Shown here in pieces: positions 10,301-18,754 of a stretch of 64,000 nucleotides of DNA. Under the pieces are notes generated by a model. That model did no database searches and was not told the origin of the DNA. It worked only from the letters and a program-made list of their open reading frames with translations. This DNA is from Candidatus Latescibacterota bacterium (lineage in GTDB: Bacteria; Latescibacterota; UBA2968). The stretch lies in assembly GCA_965204745.1 (NCBI GenBank), contig OZ242010.1, positions 2,240,001 to 2,304,000 on the forward strand, given 5' to 3'. Every line of letters begins with the position of its first letter. The stretch's first letter is position 1. Made by a program: the position numbers and the translations under genes.

Positions 10301-11849
10301 TGCGCGGATCAATTTCAAAGACGCGGGCACGGTGGCGCCCCGGAGTTGGTACGTCGCGACGCGGGAACAAAAAAAATCGAAGGCCGTGCTGTGGTCGAAC
10401 AAAAAAAGTGCCCGCGCCCAAGGCGTGTTGGGCCTCGCGCCCGAAGAAGCACGGGTCACGCGCATCGACACCTTGTTGCGCGCCGGGCGATGGTTTCAAC
10501 CCGGGGAATCGGCCTGTGTTTTGCCCGACCGCATGGCAGAACTCTTGGGGGTGACAGCGGGGCAAGTGGGCGAAAAGTACATTCGCATTTTCGGCAAACA
10601 ACTGAAAGTGATCGGGGTGATCGATTCCGAGAAGATGCGGGCCTTTGTCGATTTGGATGAGGAAATTTTGACGCCCGCGGATTTTCAAGTGACCGATGAC
10701 GAGTTCATCACCGTCATGTCGCAGACCGAGAGCCGGGAGCGGCAGGGCTTGGAACGGCCCGAGGTCGAGACCGTGCCATTTGAACACCTCGATCCGGACG
10801 AGATCGCCATCGTGCCCTACGCGCTGTTGCGCGACGTGGGCAGCCCCTTGCAGTCCGTGGCCGTGCGCTTTCACGAGGCCGTGGATGTCGAGGCCGAGAT
10901 CAAGTCGTTTTTGTCGCGCCTGTCCGTGGTGCTGTTCGCGGGCATCCCGACCGCAGATGGGGGCATCCGAGTGGCGGTGTACAGTTCGCTGGGCGATACG
11001 TCCCTGCGGGGGTTGTCCAATTTGTTCATCCCCATTTTGGTGGCCGCGCTGATCGTGCTCAACACGATGATGGGGTCCGTGTACGAGCGATTTCGGGAAA
11101 TCGGGATTTATTCTTCGGTGGGCCTGGCGCCGGTTCACATCGCGTTTTTGTTCATCGCCGAGGCGTGTGTGTACGCGGTTTTGGGCACGGTGGCCGGGTA
11201 TTTGTTGGGGCAAAGCGTCGCCAAGTTTTTGTTGTGGCAAGACGCGCTGCAAGGGATGACCGTGAATTATTCCGCGCTTTCCACCGTGACGTCGTCCATG
11301 CTGGTGATGTTGGTGGTGCTGCTGTCCTCGGTCTATCCCGCGCGGCAGGCGTCCCTGATGGCCGTGCCGGATGTGACGCGCCGCTGGAAATTCCCAGAGC
11401 CAGAGGGCGATCACTGGCATTTTGAGTTTCCATTCACCGTCGGCGGCAAGGACGTCTTTGGGCTGTCCGTGTTCTTGGTCGATTATTTTCAAGCACACGC
11501 GGGCGAGAGTTTGGGCACGTTTTACACGGATGGCGCGCGCTTCGGCTCGGTTGAGACCCCGGCCGGACAGGGCTATGCGATAGACACGACCATCTGGTTG
11601 GCGCCTTATGATTTGGGCGTGAGCCAGCAGGTGCATTTTGAAGCCGTGCCCACGGGCGAACACAATATTTTTGCGATGGCACTGACGATAGACAGGCTGT
11701 CGGGCGACGCGTCTTCATGGCGGCGGGTCAATCAGAATTTTATGAATTTGTTGCGGAAGCAGTTCCTGATTTGGCGCACCGTGGCGCCAGAAGACAAGGC
11801 GCGATACACGGAAAAAGGGCGGGGCATGCTGGTCGAGGCGGTGGCTTGA
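7323..11849 (+). CDS. Large membrane protein: M28-peptidase-like ectodomain plus a MacB/FtsX-type permease domain, copy 1
   Basis: N-terminal TM segment; SRVPGYPG, NVLGWIEG, INAYYD and APGAE (M28-like fold); central TM bundle; NTMMGSVYERFREIGIYSSVGLAP...FIAEA and SVYPARQAS (FtsX signature). Confidence 0.75.
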   Translation: MDRRLGRLALIGFVVVGFGTVILGPDTVDPLLRAALGLQTPEPVAPAPVPGADVVADRVKREITEAEVRALMGAFTQGGSRVPGYPGHARAAAFIEERFRSLGLEDVETEAYGVTSPVDEGSRLTLVSSGEVFPLFGLWPNLVKTATLPPGGVRTRLIDGGDGEFKAYDGKAVEGAVVLLDFNTWNRWLNAAILGAEQVIFIEPDSTSYSQAETKFLQVPNSIERFWIDREHGERLRALLADRGEIEVQLESRMPWKKGEVANVLGWIEGTDAELSKKIVVINAYYDAMSVVPAQAPGAEMACGIVGLMRLAAYFRAHRPKYTLLFLASSAHHLGFRGICDFLNRHSRKEEHFAALMTEPIDIALFIGLDLSSQTAEMGVASQTAGFSANAAVNYFYTRFFAVFGKSFTRYATAIAKGIGAPSKDAMVDGINPKGGMTWDMYIPGENIKSDSEVVLYAGTPALSLTTVNDARFRVDTPLDRPEFVNYDNLTQQIRVLAGVLDLSLNSDDFLPDYKLDPDDRMRGLKGFVRTFPRRSITPDKPRPGAIAAMRMGLEKSIKGVRRIYYDLADDNGEYYIPGVAERRVHVRAYYLDPETGEITYAPNMGRQGKIYSGNFDMNWWITKQTVILFPCVATDFYGTVDPRYLTTLSNISVYGAGNTAPQEYGYAVGFGPDEPVGVVFTSPGERVKIAMRAGVIGVRFLLLNSKSADDEWEARGEGFQTLSSGALVRTPYRAARDMWMLNESRMRKLRQYSIENQRLEALHAQAKEHLDEAEVALREKQWDAFVKHTRAGMGIESRAYPDVKSTQNDVIRGVIFFMLLVIPCAFFLERLIFTFADIRMQITGFGAVFVVIWIFLSQVHPAFDLSNPFVILLAFVIMALAIFVISILAGRFNENIRRLRSAEVLLHETDVGRVSASVAAFQLGIANMKKRKLRTWLTFATLVLLTFTVLSFTSIKSALEFHQLQRDAEGAYPGVLIRSKFWGPLEDTAYDYARINFKDAGTVAPRSWYVATREQKKSKAVLWSNKKSARAQGVLGLAPEEARVTRIDTLLRAGRWFQPGESACVLPDRMAELLGVTAGQVGEKYIRIFGKQLKVIGVIDSEKMRAFVDLDEEILTPADFQVTDDEFITVMSQTESRERQGLERPEVETVPFEHLDPDEIAIVPYALLRDVGSPLQSVAVRFHEAVDVEAEIKSFLSRLSVVLFAGIPTADGGIRVAVYSSLGDTSLRGLSNLFIPILVAALIVLNTMMGSVYERFREIGIYSSVGLAPVHIAFLFIAEACVYAVLGTVAGYLLGQSVAKFLLWQDALQGMTVNYSALSTVTSSMLVMLVVLLSSVYPARQASLMAVPDVTRRWKFPEPEGDHWHFEFPFTVGGKDVFGLSVFLVDYFQAHAGESLGTFYTDGARFGSVETPAGQGYAIDTTIWLAPYDLGVSQQVHFEAVPTGEHNIFAMALTIDRLSGDASSWRRVNQNFMNLLRKQFLIWRTVAPEDKARYTEKGRGMLVEAVA

Positions 11850-11894
11850 GCGGAGAATATTGATCGCATTTCGCAGATATTTGGCGAAAAAGCA

Positions 11895-11923
11895 TTGACT
11901 TCTGACAAAAGAACGGGTATCTT
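11895..11923 (+). promoter_or_regulatory. Putative sigma70 promoter of csp
   Basis: TTGACT-17 bp-TATCTT, followed by a long 5' leader typical of csp genes. Confidence 0.45.
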
Positions 11924-12066
11924 GTCCCATGTCTTACGAAGATGTTGTTTTGTTTCCTGTGCAATCGGCCTGAAAAAGACGGTATGGCAAGAATCGAAAC
12001 TTCTGATTCTTGCCTTTTTTTGGTTCTGTTGTGCAATTTTCGCCGTTAGAAAGGTGGTGAAGTACG

Positions 12067-12267
12067 TTGGCAGAAGGAAGAGTTAAGTGGTTTAACGACG
12101 CCAAGGGATTCGGTTTTATCGAACAGGAAGGGGGCGAAGATGTTTTCGTCCATTTTTCCGCGATTCAATCCGAGGGTTTTAAGTCTTTGGCCGAAGGTGA
12201 CTACGTCGAATTTGACATCACTCAGGGGCCGAAGGGACTCCAAGCCTCGAATGTCGTGAAGCAATGA
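12067..12267 (+). CDS. cspA: Cold-shock protein
   Basis: [15 protein letters not shown] and DVFVHFSAI (RNP1/RNP2); TTG start. Confidence 0.93.
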   Translation: MAEGRVKWFNDAKGFGFIEQEGGEDVFVHFSAIQSEGFKSLAEGDYVEFDITQGPKGLQASNVVKQ

Positions 12268-12290
12268 TCTGAACTCGATTCAGAATTATC

Positions 12291-12328
12291 AAAAGCACCA
12301 TCTCGTTTTGAGGTGGTGCTTTTTTTTT
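12291..12328 (+). terminator. Intrinsic terminator of csp
   Basis: AAAAGCACCATCTC-gtttt-GAGGTGGTGC followed by a T run. Confidence 0.75.
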
Positions 12329-12329
12329 G

Positions 12330-12487
12330 GTGTGTTGACATTTGGAATATTTTTAGGTTCTGTTGACATTTACGAGCAATGCAACGAGATGGGGATAGGG
12401 CGGTTTATCGGGAAAATCAAGCCCTATCGCAGGATAGGCTCTCGATTTTTCTGTTTTGTTGCATCGCCTAAAAACAAAATGTCAACT
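12330..12487 (+). mobile_element. IS5-derived MITE remnant (family A outer part)
   Basis: TAGGTTCTGTTGACATTT ... AAAATGTCAAC ends; encodes DIYEQCNEMGIGRFIGKIKPYRRIGSRF, a degenerate IS5-family transposase C-terminus. Confidence 0.6.
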
Positions 12488-12488
12488 C

Positions 12489-12679
12489 GGGGGTCAGCGC
12501 GTAAGTCAGCGGGTCAGTGCCACCGGTTGCTTGCGGTAGCGTTAGGGACGCGATCTCTTGCGCGTATAGGCCAGTGCATCCACACTCGCATCGCCAAAGG
12601 ACAGCATCAGATTCGCGCTGATGGTGAGGAAGAAACCCAGGGTGTTCTCATCGCCATCTTCATCTGTGGCGGTCAGGGA
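12489..12679 (-). pseudogene. Frameshifted remnant of a putative Ig-like (He_PIG-type) repeat
   Basis: Manual translation SLTATDEDGDENTLGFFLTISANLMLSFGDASVDALAYT, then (shifted) EIASLTLPQATGGTDPLTYALTP. Confidence 0.55.
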
Positions 12680-12687
12680 ACAGGCTT

Positions 12688-15600
12688 TCATTGGAAGTGG
12701 GAGGCGGGATAGAGGCTTCGGATGTAGGGTTCAATTTCTTGAGCGGTCGTGCGCGTAGCAGTTTGCTCGATGACGTTCCCTCTGACGAGGGCCTCGTTCC
12801 GGAAGAAGAGGACGTATCGAATGATCAGGATTATATCCGAGAACAGCCTCACATCGCCATCGCCATCCACATCGAGAATGTTCTGATTGACCAACGTGTC
12901 GAGGTAGGGTTCAATTTCTTGAGCGGTCTTGCGCGTGGCAGTTGGCTCGATGACGTTCCCTCTGAGGAGGGCCTCGTTCCGGAAGAAGAGGACATATCGA
13001 ATGACCAGGATTATATCCGAGAACAATCTCACCCGGCCATCGCCATCCACATCCAAGTTGGCACTCGGGGTTTCGTCATCGATAATCGTCCCGGTGCCTT
13101 GCGCCGTGCTTATGGTCGCATTGGTCGCACTGCTCAGCGTCACGATCACGGTCTCGTTCGGCTCATCATCCCCGTCGTCGGTCACGGAAACAGGGATGGT
13201 CTGGATGGTATCGCCTACCGCGAAGGTCAGGGTCCCTGCGGTGAGCGCGGTGTAATCGGTCCCCGAAGTCGCGCTGCCCGTGCCCGCGTCTGCATACGCC
13301 ACCGTCACTTGTGCCGTGTGCGCCGGGCTTAGGTACACCCGAAAGGTTAGGGTCGCGCCGGTCGCGCCTTCAATCACGCTGGGCGAACCGATACTCAGCG
13401 CAGGCATGCCATCGTCATCGATAATCGTCCCTGTGCCTTGCGCCGTGCTTATGGTCGCATTGGTCGCACTGCTCAGCGTCACGATCACGGTCTCGTTCGG
13501 CTCATCATCCCCGTCGTCGCTCACAGAAACAGCGATGGTCTGGCTGGTCGTGCCCGCCGCAAAGGTCAGGGTCCCTGCGGTAAGCGCGGTGTAATCGGTC
13601 CCCGAAGTCGCGGTGCCCGTGCCCGCGTCTGCATACGCCACCGTCACCGCCTTGCCGCTCGCCGCATTCAATCTAACGGTGAACGTCAGGGCAGTGCCCT
13701 CAACCGCACTCGGCGAACTAATCGAGAGCCTCGGTTGAGGGTCATCATCGGTGATCGTTATCTCGGTCGGGAGGACCACACTGCCCTGGGCGTTGTCTGA
13801 CACAACGGACATGTCCACGTCGCGATTAAGTTCGTCTCGGGTGTTGTCCACCGCTGTGATGATCACTGTATCCGACGCGTTCGCGGTTTGCCCGGCCGCG
13901 ATGGTGATCGTCGAATCCGTCCCCACCGTGTAAGCACCCGCCACAGGACGCACCGTGATCGTCGTCGCCGCGCTCAACGGGTGTGCCAGCGTCGCGGTCA
14001 CGGTGCTCATCCCACCGCTTTCCGAGATCGACGAGGGCGTCAGTACCAACGTCACGACCGCGGGTTGAAGCTGAAATTGCACGATGGTGTCCAGGCCGGC
14101 ATACTTCAAGGCCGGATACTGATCCATCGTGCCAAAGGTCCACGGATCGTCGTTGCCGGCTTGTCCGTCTATGTTGGCGTTCCAGTTGTAGTAGGTGTCG
14201 TTGCTGGTGGCACCGTAGGTGGTGGGGCTCTGAAGCTCGCTGGTCGTCTTGCCCGCCGCGCCGCTACCGCCGAGGCTGGTTTGGCGTCCGCTGGTTTGGG
14301 TGTCCCAGTAGCTGCCGGTAACCGTGCCCGTGCCGGAAACTGCCTCGCCCAACAGCCCGCCGATAGATGTCATCGACCCGCTGGAGAGGCTGACCGCGCC
14401 GGTGGAGTAGGAGTTTGTTATGGAGCCGGTGGTCGCTTTTGAGCCTACCAGCCCACCGAGGTTCTGAGTCGCGCTGACGGATGCGAGGGAGTAGCTTGTG
14501 GAAATGGAGCCTCCGGTCCAGCCGACCAGACCGCCGACGACATTGTCGCCCGTCATGCGACCGGTGGTGTAGCAGGCGACGATTTCGCCGCGATTGCCGC
14601 CGACCAGAATGGCACTAAAGTCGTCTGCCGTAACATCGGCGTCGGTTACGCCCAGCGACTCGATGCGGGAGTTGGTGCCGGTGCCGCCGAACAGTGCTTG
14701 GTAGCTAACGGTGCTGCGGCTGATGAACAGGTTTTGGACGGTGTAGCCGTTGCCTTTGAAATCGCCTGTGTATCGTAACGCTGGGTTGGCGTCGGAGCCG
14801 ATGGGCATCCAGCCTTGGCCGCTATTCCAGTAGGCGGCGTCTGCTGAGGTGATTGCGCCATCGTTGTTCTCGTCAAAATCCAAATTGTTGAGCAGTTCGT
14901 AGCCAGTGCAACCGCTGGAAGGGCAACCCTTGCTCGCTGACAAGTTCCCGTTGGGAAAGGCGGCGTTGTAGGCGGTCGTATCGGCGGTCGTGGCACTTGA
15001 GTCTATGGCACCATCGCCATTGATATCCCAGCGCATGGCATGCAGTTGGGCCAAGGTCGAGACCTCGAGGAGGCCATCGCTATCCGTGTCGTAATTCACG
15101 GGTTGGGCAGCGTACTGCGCCGTGGTGTCCAGGCCGGCAAACGTCAAGACCGGATACTGCTTTGTCGTGCCAAAGGTCCAGGGATCATCATCGTTGGTCC
15201 CCGAAGCATCTATGGTCAGATCGTCCCAAGCGGCATAGATGCCACTCGCAGCCGTGACCGATTGTAAGTCGGAGGTCAGCTTGCCCTCCGGCGCAACAGT
15301 ATCGCTATCATCGGCAATGTCGCTTGTTTGCGTGTCCCAGTAGCTATCGGTCACTGTACCAGCCGAACTGCCCACCAACCCGCCTTTCGTGCCGGCACCC
15401 GTGACTGCGCCCGTCGCGTAACTGGCGGTCACGCCACCGCCGCTCGCGATTTGACCCACCAACCCGCCGCCCACCGCGTTGCTGTGTCCCGCGAACACAG
15501 AGCCCAGCGCGTAAGACGCCACCACCTCGGTCTGATCGGTCAGCCAACCCACCAAACCGCCAGCCATCCCGTCACTCGTCACAGTCGCAGGAATGCTCAC

Positions 15601-18291
15601 AGAGACGAGCGCGTAGCTGCTCACAATGCGGTTAGTGCCCGAAGTGCGATAAGACCGACCAACCAAACCACCCACACCCCACTTCGACCCCGAAACGCGA
15701 CCCGTCACATAACACGACGAGATGGTGCCCCCACCACCTTGATTACCGGCCAGACCCCCCACGCGGTCAGCACCGGTCACATTCACATTCAACAACCCCA
15801 ACCCCGAAACATCGCCATCAACCGCATGGAACAATCCTGTATCATGCCGAGACCCCCGGTCGATGAACAGGTGGGAGATCGTCTTGTTGTTGCCTTTGAA
15901 CGTGCCGCTGTAAGGCCCCAGAGGGAGCCAACCCGCGCCGCTATTCCAGTAGGTGGCGTCTGCTTGGGTGATCGCGCCGTCGTTGTTCTCGTCAAAATCC
16001 AAGTTGTTGAGCAGTTCGTAGCCAGTGCAACCGGTGGAAGGGCAACCCTTGCTCGCTGACAAGTTCCCGTTGGGAAAGGCGGCGTTGTAGGCGGTCGTAT
16101 CGGCGGTCGTGGCACTGGCGTCTATGAAACCATTGCCATCCAAATCCCAGCGCATGGCATGCAGTTGGGCCAAGGTCGAGACCTCGAGGAGGCCATCGCT
16201 ATCCGTGTCGTAATGCACGGGTTGGGCAGCGTACTGCGCCGTGGTGTCCAGACCGGCAAACGTCAAGGCCGGATACTGCTTTGTCGTGCCAAAGGTCCAG
16301 GGATCATCATCGTTGGTCCCTGAAGCATCTATGGTCAGATCGTCCCAGTTGGCATAGATGCCGCTCGCAGACGTGACCGATTGTAAGTCGGCAGTCAGCT
16401 TGCCCTCCGGCGTAGCAGTATCGCTATCATCGGCAATGTCGCTTGTTTGCGTGTCCCAGTAGCTATCGGTCACTGTACCTGAGTTTTCCGCCAGCCCATG
16501 CTTGTGCAGGCAGGCCCCCGTCACTGATCCCAGCGAGTAGCTCGACGCGATCGTCGCACCCGAACCATTGGCACCTACCAACCCGCCGCCAGTGGCCCAC
16601 GGCCCCGACTGATTGCACACCACAGACGCCGTGGCGTAACTCGCCACGATGTACGACCCCCTCTGAGCGGCGCCCACCAACCCGCCGACATTGGTGTTCG
16701 CCGTGACCGACCCCGTGACGTAACTCGCCGCGATCCGACCCTTGTTCAGACCCACCAGCGCGCCCACCGTGCCCTGACCCGTATTGATCACCGCGTTGAC
16801 CAACCCCAAAGAGCGGATGTGGGCAGTGGTATCCGTGCTTGCGAAAAATCCCGAAAAGTTGACGTAGCGGTTGATGTACAGGTGGGAGATCGTCTTGCCG
16901 TTGCCCTCAAATGTGGCGGTGTACGGGGCGGTGTTGCTACCGATGGGTGCCCAGCCCGCGCCGCCATTCCAGTAGGTGGTGTCTGCTTGGGTGATTGCGC
17001 CATCGTTGTTCTCGTCAAAATCCAAGTTGTTGAGCAGTTCGTAGCCGATGCAGGTACCGGATGGGCAACCCATCCGGCCGGTACTGCTGGTGTTGCGGAG
17101 GGGAAAGGCGGTGCCATAATCGGCGTGGGTAGCGTCGCCATTGCCGTTGAGGTCGTGGCGAATGGCGTTGAGTTGCGCCAAGGTGGTGATGTCAATCAGG
17201 CGGTCGTTGTCCAGGTCGTAGTCGGTGGCCGGTCGGCCCTGGGCAACCAGGGAATGACCGCTGTACTTCAGCACCGGATACTGCGATGACGTTCCGAAGT
17301 CCCAGGGGTCGTCGTTGCCGGAGTTGCTGTCTATGTTGACGTTCCATGCGGAGTAGATGCCGGTGTAGCCGGTGGGGCGCTGGAGGTCGTCGGTAGCATA
17401 GCCCGTGCCGCCGTCGCTTGTGGTCTGTACGCTGGTTGTGGTGTCCCAGTAGCAGGCGGTCAGGTTGCTACCGCCTGCTGTAATAGAGTCGCCCGTTAGC
17501 CCGCCGACGTAGTTACTGCCGCTGACTCGGCCGGTGGAATATGAGTTTGTTATAGCGTACCCGGTATGCAGAAATCCCACCAGGCCGCCGACGTAGCGAG
17601 TGCCGCTGACGGATGCGGTAGAGTAGCTTGTGGAGATAGATCCGCTTAGGTGTCCGATCAATCCGCCGCTAAGATCACCATTAGCGGTGACCGCGCCGGT
17701 GGTGTAACAGGCGACTACTGTGCCTCGATTGGTGCCAATCAGAATGCCGGTATTTTCATTCCCCGTTACATTGGCGTTGGTTACGCCTAGGGTTTCGATG
17801 AGGCTAGTGGAGTGAATAGCACCGAACAGCCCGACGTGGTTGATGGTGGAGCGGCTGATGAACAGGTTGTTGATGGTGTGGCCGTTGCCTTTGAAAGCGG
17901 CTTGGTATCTGGTTGATGCGCTGGCGTCAGTGCCGATGGGGGACCAGCCGTTGCCGCTGTTCCAGTAGGTGGCGTCTGCTGAGGTGATTGAGCCATCGTT
18001 GTTCTCGTCAAAGTCCAAGTTGTTCATCAACTCGTAGCCGGTGCAGGTGGCCTGGCAACCCATGCCCGAGGCGGCGTAGGGAAAGGCGTCGTTGTAGGCC
18101 ACGGTATCACCAGCGGCTACGGAACCATCGCCATTGAGGTCATAGCGAATGGCATTCAGTTGCGCCAAGGAGGTGACATCAATCAGGTTGTCGTTGTCCG
18201 TATCGTAGTCGGTTTGGGCAAAAGCCTGCCCCGATGCCACCAGCATGACCAGCGCGACCAGGGCCAACAAATGAGCGTAGCGGGGCGTCAT
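12688..18291 (-). CDS. Giant secreted/surface protein: 4 GLUG-motif units, 2 Calx-beta domains and a duplicated C-terminal dockerin/EF-hand-like domain
   Basis: Signal peptide MTPRYAHLLALVALVMLVASGQAFA (ATG 18291); repeated DYDxDxDxL, GGLVG and YWDTQTS; GTATSGTDY...LTFAAG...DDEPNETVIVTLS (Calx-beta); 2x LDVDGDG...LFSDIILxIRY. Confidence 0.85.
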   Translation of the reverse strand: MTPRYAHLLALVALVMLVASGQAFAQTDYDTDNDNLIDVTSLAQLNAIRYDLNGDGSVAAGDTVAYNDAFPYAASGMGCQATCTGYELMNNLDFDENNDGSITSADATYWNSGNGWSPIGTDASASTRYQAAFKGNGHTINNLFISRSTINHVGLFGAIHSTSLIETLGVTNANVTGNENTGILIGTNRGTVVACYTTGAVTANGDLSGGLIGHLSGSISTSYSTASVSGTRYVGGLVGFLHTGYAITNSYSTGRVSGSNYVGGLTGDSITAGGSNLTACYWDTTTSVQTTSDGGTGYATDDLQRPTGYTGIYSAWNVNIDSNSGNDDPWDFGTSSQYPVLKYSGHSLVAQGRPATDYDLDNDRLIDITTLAQLNAIRHDLNGNGDATHADYGTAFPLRNTSSTGRMGCPSGTCIGYELLNNLDFDENNDGAITQADTTYWNGGAGWAPIGSNTAPYTATFEGNGKTISHLYINRYVNFSGFFASTDTTAHIRSLGLVNAVINTGQGTVGALVGLNKGRIAASYVTGSVTANTNVGGLVGAAQRGSYIVASYATASVVCNQSGPWATGGGLVGANGSGATIASSYSLGSVTGACLHKHGLAENSGTVTDSYWDTQTSDIADDSDTATPEGKLTADLQSVTSASGIYANWDDLTIDASGTNDDDPWTFGTTKQYPALTFAGLDTTAQYAAQPVHYDTDSDGLLEVSTLAQLHAMRWDLDGNGFIDASATTADTTAYNAAFPNGNLSASKGCPSTGCTGYELLNNLDFDENNDGAITQADATYWNSGAGWLPLGPYSGTFKGNNKTISHLFIDRGSRHDTGLFHAVDGDVSGLGLLNVNVTGADRVGGLAGNQGGGGTISSCYVTGRVSGSKWGVGGLVGRSYRTSGTNRIVSSYALVSVSIPATVTSDGMAGGLVGWLTDQTEVVASYALGSVFAGHSNAVGGGLVGQIASGGGVTASYATGAVTGAGTKGGLVGSSAGTVTDSYWDTQTSDIADDSDTVAPEGKLTSDLQSVTAASGIYAAWDDLTIDASGTNDDDPWTFGTTKQYPVLTFAGLDTTAQYAAQPVNYDTDSDGLLEVSTLAQLHAMRWDINGDGAIDSSATTADTTAYNAAFPNGNLSASKGCPSSGCTGYELLNNLDFDENNDGAITSADAAYWNSGQGWMPIGSDANPALRYTGDFKGNGYTVQNLFISRSTVSYQALFGGTGTNSRIESLGVTDADVTADDFSAILVGGNRGEIVACYTTGRMTGDNVVGGLVGWTGGSISTSYSLASVSATQNLGGLVGSKATTGSITNSYSTGAVSLSSGSMTSIGGLLGEAVSGTGTVTGSYWDTQTSGRQTSLGGSGAAGKTTSELQSPTTYGATSNDTYYNWNANIDGQAGNDDPWTFGTMDQYPALKYAGLDTIVQFQLQPAVVTLVLTPSSISESGGMSTVTATLAHPLSAATTITVRPVAGAYTVGTDSTITIAAGQTANASDTVIITAVDNTRDELNRDVDMSVVSDNAQGSVVLPTEITITDDDPQPRLSISSPSAVEGTALTFTVRLNAASGKAVTVAYADAGTGTATSGTDYTALTAGTLTFAAGTTSQTIAVSVSDDGDDEPNETVIVTLSSATNATISTAQGTGTIIDDDGMPALSIGSPSVIEGATGATLTFRVYLSPAHTAQVTVAYADAGTGSATSGTDYTALTAGTLTFAVGDTIQTIPVSVTDDGDDEPNETVIVTLSSATNATISTAQGTGTIIDDETPSANLDVDGDGRVRLFSDIILVIRYVLFFRNEALLRGNVIEPTATRKTAQEIEPYLDTLVNQNILDVDGDGDVRLFSDIILIIRYVLFFRNEALVRGNVIEQTATRTTAQEIEPYIRSLYPASHFQ

Positions 18292-18611
18292 ATCAGACTC
18301 ATCTCGGGGGACTGTACTGATCATCCTAACGGACTGTTTCGCAATGAAATAGAACCGCACTCCAAGATGGGAATGGGCGATATGAACGCCAGTTTTCACG
18401 GTGGAAACATAGTGCCAAATGAGGTTCAAACAGCGGCTGAAAATGGCGGTAATCATCTGAATCCTCCTTTGCAAAAGCACTGTCGCACAGACCGGGCGCG
18501 GCTTTCCTTCGCACTCAAAATCGCAATGGTGAACGGAAAAAAATAAAAAATCGCGCTATTATTTTTCAAACGAAAAAATGACGATAGGATCGGTGGTCAG
18601 TCAAGCGAGAA

Positions 18612-18636
18612 GGACAGGCACGGGGCCTGTCTCTAC
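18612..18636 (-). repeat. GTAG-type REP-like palindrome
   Basis: Minus strand GTAGAGACAGGCCCCGTGCCTGTCC: a GTAG tetranucleotide followed by a hairpin. Confidence 0.35.
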
Positions 18637-18754
18637 GGATGATGACGACAGGCCCCAAGCGGTCAGCGAGATGCTGTGACGCGCTGTGACTTGACATGGA
18701 ACCATTTTGGAGTAAATTCCAAAATAGTCTAACCAATTTGGAAAGGAGTTCAAA

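Noticed and set aside
10020-11663. Long antisense ORFs (also 21570-23135, 30143-31465, 36727-38385, 59988-61169)
   Set aside because: Shadow frames of well-supported genes in GC-rich DNA
18391-18409. parS-like site GTTTTCACGGTGGAAACA
   Set aside because: Extra bases break the 16-bp parS palindrome, and it is far from parAB
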